Shown piece after piece: positions 1 through 10,616 of a stretch of 64,000 bases of DNA; position 1 is the first letter of the stretch, and every line of letters begins with the position of its first letter. The DNA is from Ptychomitrium polyphyllum. Its lineage: Eukaryota. The translations under genes and the position numbers were made by a program. The stretch lies in contig OZ316776.1 in the NCBI GenBank assembly GCA_973851085.1, positions 13,950,001 to 14,014,000 of the forward strand, in the 5' to 3' direction. A model generated the notes under the pieces. That model was not told where the DNA came from. It saw only the letters and a program-made list of their open reading frames with translations, and ran no database searches.

Positions 1-416
1 AACACTACACCATGCCACTATGTGTACCTCAGACACACGTGAAAGCAAAAATGTATTGAAGCGCCAAGCAGGAAGGAGGGATACGATATTCCACGAAGCA
101 AAATTCGAGCATCAATTTCTTGTAAGCAAATTCGACGATTGGAGTCTAAGCTCGGGTCTAAGCTGGCTGCTTGAAGGTCCTCTTCCTCTAATTGCATGTT
201 CGCTCTGGCTAATAACCAAAAGTACGATGTGTACAGCTAGTGAGAGTATTCCCTGTCTAAGTCCTCAATCACAGTAACCCTCGCCAGGAAGCGCAATCCG
301 CAACACGAAATGCCAAAAGGAAAAACAATAACCCCAGGCACCGGCGACACGCAGAGCTTCTTCATGGCCGATCACTAAAAAGAGAAATGTCCTGCAATGC
401 GAAGGAAATGACGTAC

Positions 417-605
417 CTTGAGAGCCTGAACGAAGTGGCGGCTGCGCTGCATTTCAAGCTCGTCAAAAGTCATGTGAGCGGGATCCTGATCGTCGTCGAC
501 GGAGGGAGAAGGCGAGGGAGAGGTGCTGCGAGGGGGCGAATAGGGCTGAGTGGGGATGGGCCGGGAAGACACACTGTCTGGCGCCGGCGCCGTGGCCGTA
601 CCCAT
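417..605 (-). CDS. ABIL: Exon 1 of an ABIL (Abl-interactor-like, SCAR/WAVE complex) gene; the gene continues leftward
   Basis: 63 codons ending MTFDELEMQRSRHFVQALK, then a phase-0 donor AAG|GTACGT at 416. Resembles the recalled plant ABIL1 N-terminus (MTxxEVSMERxKSFxKALQ|ELKNLRPQLY). Confidence 0.8.
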
Positions 606-2157
606 GGCTATTTATGCCCCGAGTTCTGACCACCTAGCCAGCCAGTCAGCCAGCAAAAGCAAAGCAAAGCAGTGAACACCAGTGCAGCAGTGCGCGAAAC
701 GCTGAGGCTGAGGGCGTCTTGTGGGGGAGGGGTAGGGCGTGGGCCGACGTCAGAAGACTCGTACGCAGAAGAGCACCGCAATCACTCACCACAATCCCTA
801 TTCGGGCGTGCACAGAAGACACCGCGCGGGTTTGAGCACAATCCCTGTGGTGCGCAAGAAAACCCAAAAGACAAGAGCCGAAGCACAAGTTGAAGCTGAA
901 GCACACGACGACGACGTTGAAGGGCTCTGAGCAGGGGACACAATGAATAACAATCTCTCTTACTACAATACTCTGCTCATGCAGTCTGTAGTACTAAGTT
1001 CAACGACCCTCCCTCCCTCCCTCCCTTTTCCCGTTTTGGTCTGACTACGCTGTTCTTACCGTGGACCACTCCGTCGCATCTTCCCTAATCGAGGCCCCCT
1101 CACTTCTCTGGGCTCACCCCTCCCCCGCCTCTGCCCTCTGTGTTGGAAGGGACCGATAGAACTCATCTACTATTGGATGATAAATTCCAAGAGATGGTAA
1201 CATCATATCCACTATGATTCATTATGTTTTATAATCAAGACGGGTTTCATTGATTCTGAGCTATGATCAAGAAGAGTAGAAGGGCTATGCTGTCCAATAA
1301 TGTTTTGCAATTATGCAAGGTAAAAAGCTATGCTCTTTATTAACAATTTCTTTAATTATCATGTTAATTAAGCAAAAGGAAAGCGGTGAAATGCAAACAG
1401 ATTTTTAAGCTGAAATTATGGTGATGTAAGTACACAATGATACAAAACATGATTGTTGGCTAAGAATATTTTTCTTGTGAAGAAAGGTACTGTTAACTTT
1501 TTTAATAGTTCATTGGTGACAAATTAGGTTCTAATTGAAGTTTATTTGCAGTTGATGTAGCATAGGATTTGGATTTTTCAAGATGGATGTCTAACTGACT
1601 TTTATCAAACAACAATCTTCAAAGAAATTAATATGGAAAAATTTCAAGTATATAAAGAACAAAAAAAAAACATGGTGAATTAATTCTAAAGGACCATTTA
1701 TAGCTTGAAATAATCATTGTATATATGGAACCAAAACAATTATAGTTTTAAAGTGTTTTTTGGCTCTATATGTCTCAAGGAAATTTAATAAAATTCTAAG
1801 GTTATAATATTGGATGTAGCATTTATAAAGTACAAAAAGCACTTTTGAAACTATTTTATTTTAATTATTATAATTTCGTAATTTATAGCCATTTATTGTA
1901 ATTGAGTTTATGGTTGTTCAAATCTATTTAAAATTAATAATTTGGTTGGATTTGTAGACTTGTCAAGTGGCAAAGTTACATTACTTTTTGCCTTCAATTG
2001 AACTTGCATCCATCAATTGTAAAATAAATAGAATTTGATTAGCAAAGAATCATGTAGTAGATTGCAAATGCAAAGATAAGCTACTAGTTGTTAAGGTTTT
2101 TGAAAGGTGATACTAAGGCAAATCTCATTCTTGCATTTTTTTACTTATTTTATTTAT

Positions 2158-2438
2158 TGAAACTATGCAACAAACATAGTACAACAAACAAGAAGAAAGA
2201 GCAAAGTTGCAACAAAAGAAGTGTGGAGCAAGATGACTCCCACTTCCAAAACCCCTTTACTTATTCTTGAAAGTCATCCAACAAAGTATGCCATTTGGCG
2301 GCCATGCATTTGCCTCCACTAAATGAATGACATGTAGCGGCAAATCCTACTTGCCGTAGCCGCAATCCTAACCCTCATGGCCGCCCTAACCCTAGCCACC
2401 ATACAGAGCCCTTGTTGCCTATTCTTAATCCTAGCCTC
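2158..2438 (-). mobile_element. Older partial copia family A LTR, inverted, cut by a family B LTR
   Basis: Reverse complement aligns to the 3' two-thirds of the LTR at 4473-4897. It ends abruptly at TGTTGGAG (2439). Confidence 0.85.
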
Positions 2439-4383
2439 TGTTGGAGAATAGAGCATTGAATTGCTCGTAGTCTTAGAACTAGTATGGAATAGAGTTAATA
2501 AGTTGAAATGGAGATCATTAGAATAAACCCATATTGTTTGGAGTGGGTCGAAGATTTATTCCATATTGATTGTAAGACTCATGTGGTTTGAAGAGAATAA
2601 AGGGCAAAGCAAGCAGTGGGATTAATACTCTCTTTCCAAGCATTGGTCGCATACTTTGTGTACTATGAGTGCTTGTGGAATCATTTCTCCTCACTTATTG
2701 AACTTCAATAGGGTATGCTTGTTGTGTGAGTTGAGATTTGATTGCGTTAGTGTTTGGACGAGCATCTTAAGAGTCTTCTGTTGGATGTGCATTTGTGCGT
2801 TTTTGGTGCCTTTGAGCAATTTGGAGAGCCACAAGGGCTGATTTGGAGGTGCTTGGAGGCGATACAAGCTTTGGTGGTGCACAAGTTCCCATTTGGAGGC
2901 GTTTGGAGAAGTTTGGTGCAGTGGAAGTATCGTTGAGTACACTTTCGGCTTGTAAGTTTTGCATTTAGTATTTGAGTTTCATGTGAGGTGCGTTTGTGCA
3001 CAATTGATGCTTGTTAGTATTTGAAGCTTGTGCTTTAAGAGCTTGGGTGCTTTGGGTGCGTATGTGAAGCCATTGAAGGCTGATTGGTGTGTTTGAGGTG
3101 CATAAGTGCATATTTGAATGTTAGTGCGTGTATAGGGCATTTATCCATTGTTGGTGCACTTGAGGGCTGATTTGAGTGGAGAGGGTGCAAAAGTACACAT
3201 TTCAAGCCCCATTGAGTGGTGAGGAAGCATTTGAGGCTGATTGGGCGTTGGTAGGGCTCATTTGGCGTTGATAGGAGTGCATAAGTGCACATTTGGGCCT
3301 AAAAGGATCGTTTTGAGGTGATTGAGTGTACTCGTGCACAATGGCATCCTTGGAGGGTGAGAGTGCTCAAGTGGTTGACAAGTTCAATGGCGAGAACTTT
3401 AATCTTTGGAAGTTCAAAATGGAGATGGTGTTGGATTCCATGGACCTTTGGGAGATTGTGGAGGACACTGAGGAGGCTCCACCTTCTAATGCCGACCTCA
3501 AGACCATCAAGGAGTACAGAAAGCGTGTGAAAAAGGCCATGTCAGTCATTGGACTCAACTTGGTGGATAGCCAACTTGCCCACATCAAGAGTTGCAATGG
3601 ACCCGCGCAAGCATGGAACACCCTTTGCAACATCCACGAGACTAGGAGCTTATCCAACATCCTCTTCATAAGGCGAAGGTTCCTCACGTGCAAGATGTTG
3701 GAGAGTGATGACTTGTTAGACCATATTAACAAGGTCAAGGCTTTGGCCGACCAATTAGCTTGCTTGGATTCACCCATGAGGGATGAGGACATTGTCATGA
3801 CTTTGCTTGATAGTTTGCCCCCTTCGTATGAGTTCTTGATCATCGCATTGGAAACAATACCTATGAAGGAATTCACTTTGGAGGTGGTAACGGCAAGATT
3901 GATGCATGAGTTCACCAAGAGGAAGGAGAAGGCACTCCAAGGTGATGATGCGGCAATGGTATCACGTCAAGGCAAAGGAGATAATGCATCTTTCACCAAG
4001 GATACAAGGACATGCTACTATTGTGGCAAAGCGGGTCACATTGCAAGGTTTTGTTTCAAGGCCAAGAACAAGGAGAGGGAGACTGCACACATTGTTGATG
4101 ATTGCTCATTTGTAATTCATGTTGATGATCCATTGAAAGGCCTTTGCAAGTGGATCATGGATTCGGGAGCCACCAAGCACATGACTCCTTACAAAGAGGC
4201 ATTCCACACCTATGGGGTAACCTCTTCACAAAATGTACACATGGGAGATGATAGCATTGTAGAAGCCATTGGTGTGGGTTCTATCGTTGTGGAGACCGTG
4301 GTGGGAGGGCAATCAAAGTGCATTTGCATCCATGATGCCCTCCATGTGCCTATATCGAAAGCAAACATGATTTCGGTGAGCAA
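2439..4383 (+). mobile_element. Copia family B 5' fragment: LTR 2439-2707, deleted PBS, 5' UTR, gag-protease
   Basis: LTR TGTTGGAG...CTTCA is homologous to 15224-15452. The PBS is collapsed (ATAGGGTATGCTTG versus ATAGGTTATGGGCCCACACATGCTTG in the minus copy near 14330-14349). Confidence 0.85.
3341..4383 (+). pseudogene. Truncated copia B gag-protease ORF
   Basis: MASLEGES..., zinc knuckle CYYCGKAGHIARFC, protease WIMDSGATKHM. The frame runs into an inverted LTR B fragment at about 4384. Confidence 0.9.
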
Positions 4384-4472
4384 GCTTGGAATGAGAGTAA
4401 TCATCCCATTCCTTGCTCTGCGCTTTATTCTCATCAAACCACATGGATCTTACAATCAATATGTGATGAACT
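4384..4472 (-). mobile_element. Inverted internal fragment of LTR B
   Basis: GCTTGGAATGAGAGTAATCATCCCATTCC... matches the inverted LTR B at about 14377-14465. Confidence 0.8.
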
Positions 4473-4900
4473 TGTTGCAAAGTGTGAAACATATAAAGTA
4501 ATCCTAGTTGAAGTATCCTTGTGTAGACTTAGAGCATGATATGTTGCTAATGATCAAAGGGGTGTGAGGAAAGAGGCTATAGGGGATATGGAGGCTAGGG
4601 TTAAGAAAAGGCAACAAGGGTTTTGTATGGCGGCTACGGTTAGGGCGGCCATTAGGGTTAGGGCGGCCGTTAGGGTTAGGGTGGCGGCTACGGCGGCTAG
4701 GGTTAGGGTTAGCCGCCACATGTCACTCATATAGTGGAGGCTAATGCATGGCCGCCAAGTGGCACATTTTGGTGGATGACTCTCAAGTATAAGTAAAGGG
4801 GTTTTGGAAGTGGGAGTCATCTTGCTCCACACTTCTCTTGTTGCAACTTTGCTCTCTCTCTTCTTGCTTGTTGTACTAGCTTTGTTGCATTTCTTCAATA

Positions 4901-4914
4901 GGTTATGGGCCCAC
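4901..4914 (+). promoter_or_regulatory. Primer-binding site complementary to the anticodon arm of tRNAiMet (half-tRNA type)
   Basis: GGTTATGGGCCCAC lies 3 nt after the LTR and is the reverse complement of GTGGGCCCATAACC in plant tRNAiMet (sequence recalled). Also present at 11045 (+), about 14333-14346 (-) and, degenerate, about 16354-16366 (-). Confidence 0.9.
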
Positions 4915-5348
4915 TCACACTTAGTTGTGCCTTTTGAAGTAGCTTGAAGTGTTTTGTAGTTGTTGTTCTTGTGTGGAGCAAGATCACTTCATAGTTATTG
5001 AAGATAGAGTTAGAAACGCCTAACTTTGAAGTTTTGCACATGTAGGTGCTTGGTTTGATGTTTCTTGAGCTCTTGGGATTGTGGTTGTTGAAATTCCTTG
5101 GATAGTGAGTTGTTTTGAGTGGTGATAAGACCTTGATAGTGTCTTTGTTGGATTCAAGCTTCCTAACACCATTTTGTTGTGCTTGGTGTTGTTGTCTTGT
5201 GAGTTCATTGATATGTGTGCTCATTGAGTGGACATAGTGAGTTGAAAGGTCTTTCTTGGGACTCATAGTTGTGAAGACTTGTGAGAAGCATAGGAGTCAA
5301 GGAAATAGTTCGTTTGAAGGTTTGTTTTGTTACCTCTCTTCTTAAGCC

Positions 5349-8300
5349 ATGGCTTCGAGTGAAGGTGAAGGTCTTAGGGTCATTCAAAAGTTTCATGGTG
5401 ATAACTTCTACCAATGGAAGGTTAGGATGGAGCTCTCGTTGGCTTCTATGGACCTTTGGGACATCATAGATGAGAGTGAGGTTGCTCCACCATTGTCGGC
5501 AGATGCAAAGGAGAGGAAGGAGTTCCAGCGTCGTGAGAAGAAGGCTTTTGGCATCCTTGCCACCAACCTTGATGATGCCAACTTCGCCCATATCATCTCT
5601 TGCACTGGACCAACAGAAGCGTGGAAGACGCTTTGCAACATCTATGAGAGCAAGAACCTCTCCAACATCATCTTCACAAAGAGGAAGCTCTTGAACTGCA
5701 AGATGGAAGAAGGCCACGACCTCATGGCGCATGTTAACAAGTTGAAGGCCCTTGCAAGGCAAGTTGCCATTGTGGACAAGCCATTGGACGAGTCGGATGT
5801 TGTGATTACATTGCTCATGAGTTTGCCGGAGTCCTATAGCTATCTCATAGTGGCCTTAGAGTCCATTCCCATCAAGGACCTCACCATGGACTATGTGACG
5901 GCGAGATTGAGCCACGAGGACACCAAGAGGAAGGAGAAGGCGAATTCAAGTGAGGACTCCGCCCTCTTCTCGAGGCAAGGCAAGGCCACCTATTCTAATC
6001 AACGTCCAAATCTTCGAACGTGCTTTGTGTGTGGAAAACCAGGTCATTTTGCTCGAAATTGCTTCAAGGCCAAGAAAGGAGAGAGGGAGGATGCCAACCA
6101 TGTGATGGACCACCTTGGAGGTGGTGATTGTGCCTTCATGGCAAGCGAGGGGGCGCCTATGGCGGCCCTATCCAAGTGGATAGTTGATTCGGGCGCCACA
6201 AAGCACATGACTCCTTACAAGTGCTCATTCCATACTTATGAGGCAATTGCAGCCACTAGTGTGCTCATGGGTGACAATGGCGTGGTGGAGGCCATTGGAA
6301 TGGGTTCCATTGTGGTGGAGGTTGTTGTGGGAGGCAAGACCAAGAGGATCACCTTCAAGGACGTGCTGCATGTGCCAAAGATGAAGTCCAACCTCCTTTC
6401 GGTGAGCAAACTTGTGATGGGAGGGTTTGTGGCTCATTTCAATGTGAATGGATGTATTGTGAAGTCATTGAGTGGAGATGTGGTTGCCACGGGGTTGAGG
6501 GATGGCAACTTGTACTTCATCAAGTGTAAGAAGGTGAATGGAGTGGAGGTGGCGGCCTTTGCTGAGTTCATTGAAGACCAAGACAAGTTTGGCATATGGC
6601 ATGGGCGCCTTGGGCACCTCAATGTGAAGGCCATGAAGGAGCTCCAAGGCGTGGTAAGCGGCTTGGATCTCGGTACAACATGCCACAAGGCCAAGGAACT
6701 TGCTTGTGAGGCTTGCATCCAAGGCAAGCAGCAAAGGGCGTCGTTTCCAAGTGGAGTGGCAAGTCGTGCAAGCAAATTGTTGGAGATTGTGCATTCCGAC
6801 GTGTGCGGGCCTATGAGGACTCCATCCATCGGGGGAGCAAGGTACTTCCTCACCTTCATTGATGATAATTCGAGGAAAGTATGGGTGTTCATCCTCAAGG
6901 CCAAGAGCGAATGCTTTGCAAGATTCAAGGAGTTCAAGGCGCTTGTGGAGAAGCAATGTGAGTCCAAGATCAAGGTGTTGCGTTCGGATAATGGTGGTGA
7001 GTTCTTATCCAAATGTTTTGATGACTTGTTGAGGAGTGAAGGCATTGCAAGGCAAACCTCCACTCCATACACTCCACAACAAAATGGAGTTGCTGAGAGG
7101 GCAAATCGCACCATTGTGGAGATGGCGAGGAGCATGCTTCATGCCCAACATCTTGGACATGAGTTGTGGGCGGAAGCGGTGGTGAATGCGGTGTACACAA
7201 GAAATAGGTGCCCCACAAGTGCCCTTGCATCCATGACCCCCGAAGAAGCTTGGAGTGGTAAGAAGCCTTGTGTTTCACACATGAGGACCTTCGGATGCCT
7301 TGCATATGCAAAGGTTCCAGATTGCATGAGGTCCAAGCTTGATGCAAAGGGTACAAAGTGTGTGTTCTTTGGTTATTGTGAGGGCAGCAAAGCATATAGG
7401 TTGATGTGTGTGGAGAGCAAGAAGATCATCAAGAGTCGTGATGTTGAGTTCTTGGAGCACAAGAGTGCTTGTGAGCACTTGGGGATGTGTCCAAGTGGGA
7501 GTAATGGTGTGATTGTGGACACATCCTCCACAACAACCAAGGAAGAAGGTGGAGATGTGGATGGAGGTGAAGGAACAATGGAGGGGGAGAGCAAGGCGAC
7601 TTCCACCCTTAAGACCAGCAGAGGAGCCTCACAAGATGATGGTGAGCATCTTCATCCAAGTGAGGAGGATAATCCTGTAAGTGAAGGAGAAGGGGATGCA
7701 TTACAAGAAGAGAGGCCTGCAATGAGTGGAAGGAGGTATCCCATGAGGGAGAGGAGGCCACTTGGTGAATGGTGGAAGAACCACATCTTTCCAAAAGTGA
7801 GTGCAGAACATGCCAATGTTGCCCTCCTCGTTGATCCTTTAACTATGTGCGATGCCTTGAAGTCCACGGATGCAATGAAGTGGGAGAAGGCCATGGAAGA
7901 GGAGTACAAGTCGCTGATGGACAATGGCACATGGCACTTGACTCAACTTCCTCCAAATCGTTCTTGCATAGGTTGCAAGTGGGTGTTTAGAACCAAGAGG
8001 GATGCTTCGGGTGCAATTGTGAGGCACAAGGCAAGGCTAGTTGCCAAAGGATACTCACAAGTTGCTGGTGTGGACTTCAATGAGACCTTTGCACCTGTGG
8101 CCAAGTTCACCACCATTATGACCATCTTGGCCATAGCTGCGGCAATGGACTTGGAGGTGCACCAGATGGATGTGAAGACGGCCTTTCTAAATGGAGAGTT
8201 GGAAGAAGACATCTACATGGAGCAACCTCCAGGGTTTGTACATGAAGGCTTGGAACACCTTGTTTGCAAGTTGAAGAAGGCCTTGTACGGGCTTAAGCAA

Positions 8301-9382
8301 TCGCCAAGGGCATGGTACCAACGCATTGATGCATTCTTTAGGAAGGAAGGGTTTGTGAGAAGTGAGGCGGATCATTCCTTGTATGTGATGCAGACCATGG
8401 AATTCTTGTTGATTGTGATTCTCTATGTGGATGACTTGATCATGTTGGCCAACCTTTTAGAGAAGCTAGAGTGGTTGAAGGCCAAATAAGAGCAGGAGTT
8501 TGAGATGAGTGATTTGGGCGAGTTACACTATTGTCTTGGAGTGGAATTTGTGAGGGATCGTGCAAAGAGGACCATCACCATGAGCCAGAAGAAGTGTTGT
8601 TGAAGCGATTCAACATGGAAGAGTGCAAGCCAGTGGGAACGCCTTTGGAGGCAAACTTGAGGTTGATGAAGCTAAGTGATGAGGAGTATGCTCAAGTGGA
8701 GGGCGAAATGCAAGGCGTTCCATACAAGGCCGGAGTGGGGTGCCTCATGTATGCCATGGTGGGCACAAGGTTTGATCTTGCGTTTTCGGTGAGTGTTGTG
8801 AGCCAACACATGTCCAAGGCCGGCTCCATGCACTGGGCAACCATCAAGAGGATCATGAGGTACTTGAAGGGCACCTTGGACTTTGTGTTGTGTCTGGGAG
8901 GTGATAACATTGAGTTGCAGGGATTTTGTGATGCGGATTGGGCTGGAGATGCAAATGATAGGCGCTCCACAACGGGGTATGTGTTCTTTGTTGGAGTGGG
9001 AGCCATCTCTTGGAACTGCAAGAGGCAACCCACAATTGCAAGGTCAACCATGGAGGCGGAGTACATGGCGGCAAGTCATGGTGCAATGGAAGCAATGTGG
9101 CTGAGGCAACTCTTTGAGGACATTGGACTTGTACAACTGGGTGCAACGCCCATCATGTGTGACAATCAGGGATGTCTTGCCTTTGCCAAGTATCCCAAGC
9201 ATCACTCACGAACAAAGCACATTGACATCCAACATCAGTTCATAAGAGAAAAGATTGAAGATGGAGTGATAGATATGAGGTATTGTGCAACAGAGGGCAT
9301 GCTTGCTGATTTGTTGACAAAAGCATTGGTAAGAGATAAACACCAGTTGTTGACGAGGTCAATTGGATTAAAGGCCCTTTGA
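5349..9382 (+). pseudogene. Copia gag-pol polyprotein with a premature stop and a frameshift in late RT
   Basis: CFVCGKPGHFARNC knuckle, DSGA protease, WHGRLGH...CEAC and HSDVCGP/SDNGGEF/NGVAER integrase, YVDD RT, DADWAG...RTKHID RNase H. TAA at 8487-8489, then EQEFEMSDLGELHYCLG continues in frame, with a frameshift near 8595. Confidence 0.95.
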
Positions 9383-9825
9383 CCAGTAGCAAAGTGGGCG
9401 TGTTGCAAAGTATGAAACATATAAAGTAATCCTAGTTGAAGTATCCTTGTGTAGACTTAGAGCATGATATGTTGCTAATGATCAAAGGGGTGTGAGGAAA
9501 GAGGCTATAAGGGATATGGAGGCTAGGGTTAAGAAAAGGCAATAAGGATTTTGTATGGCGGCTAAGGTTAACGCGGCCATTAGAGTTAGGGCGGCCGTTA
9601 GGGTTAGGGTGGCGGCTACAGCGGCTAGGGTTAGGGATAGCCGTCACATGTCACTCATTTAGTGGAGGCAAATGCATGGCCGCCAAGTGGCACAGTTTGG
9701 TGGATGACTCTCAAGTATAAGTAAAGGAGTTTTGGAAGTGTGAGTCATCTTGCTCCACACTTCTCTTGTTGCAACTTTGCTCTCTCTCTTCTTGCTTGTT
9801 GTACTCGCTTTGTTGCATTACTTCT

Positions 9826-10616
9826 CTAATGGCCGCCCTAACCCTAGCCGCCATACAAAACCCTTGTTGCCTTTTCTTAACCCTAGCCTCCATATCCCCT
9901 ATAGCCTCTTTCCTCACACTCCTTTGACCATTAGCAACATATCATGCTCTAAGTCTACACAAGGATACTTCAACTAGGATTACTTTATATGTTTCACACT
10001 TTGCAACACTCCCACTTTGCTACTGGTCAAAGAGCCTTTAATCCAATTGACCTCGTCGACAACTGGTGCCTATCTCTTACCAATGCTTTTGTCAACAAAT
10101 CAGCAAGCATGCCCTCTGTTGCACAATACCTCATATCTATCACTCCATCTTCAATCTTCTCTCTTATGAAGTGATGTTGGATGTCAATGTGCTTTGTTCG
10201 TGAGTGATGCTTGGGATACTTGGCAAAGGCAAGACATCCCTGATTGTCACACATGATGGGCGTTGCACCCAGTTGTACAAGTCCAATGTCCTCCAAGAGT
10301 TGCCTCAGCCACATTGCTTCCATTNNNNNNNNNNNNNNNNNNNNNNNNNNNNNNNNNNNNNNNNNNNNNNNNNNNNNNNNNNNNNNNNNNNNNNNNNNNN
10401 NNNNNNNNNNNNNNNNNNNNNNNNGGTTTTCCACACACAAAGCACCTTCGAAGATTTGGACGTTGATTAGAACAGGTGGCCTTGCCTTGCCTCGAGAAGA
10501 GGGCGGACTCCTCACTTGAATTCGCCTTCTCCTTCCTCTTGGTGTCCTCGTGGCTCAATCTCGCCATCACATAGTCCATGGAGAGGTCCTTGATGGGAAT
10601 GGACTCCAAGGCCACT
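9826..10616 (-). mobile_element. Inverted copia A copy: partial 3' LTR 9826-10008, PPT 10009-10018, RNase H to 10324, gap, gag fragment 10425-10616
   Basis: Reverse complement is near-identical to the RNase H, PPT and LTR of copy 1 and to gag VALESIPIKDL...CFVCGK. Confidence 0.9.
10325..10424. other. Assembly gap (100 N)
   Basis: Run of exactly 100 N. Confidence 1.

Larger units (their letters stand above)
4473..9825 (+). mobile_element. Near full-length Ty1/copia element, family A copy 1 (5' LTR 4473-4897, 3' LTR 9401-9825)
   Basis: TGTTGCAA...CTTCA LTR, PBS GGTTATGGGCCCAC at 4901, PPT AAAGTGGGCG at 9391-9400, and copia domain order gag-PR-INT-RT-RH. No TSD seen. Confidence 0.97.

Noticed and set aside
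8487..8600. Programmed readthrough or frameshift in copia pol
   Set aside because: The stop and frameshift fall inside RT and remove conserved residues, so mutation or sequencing error is the simpler explanation.
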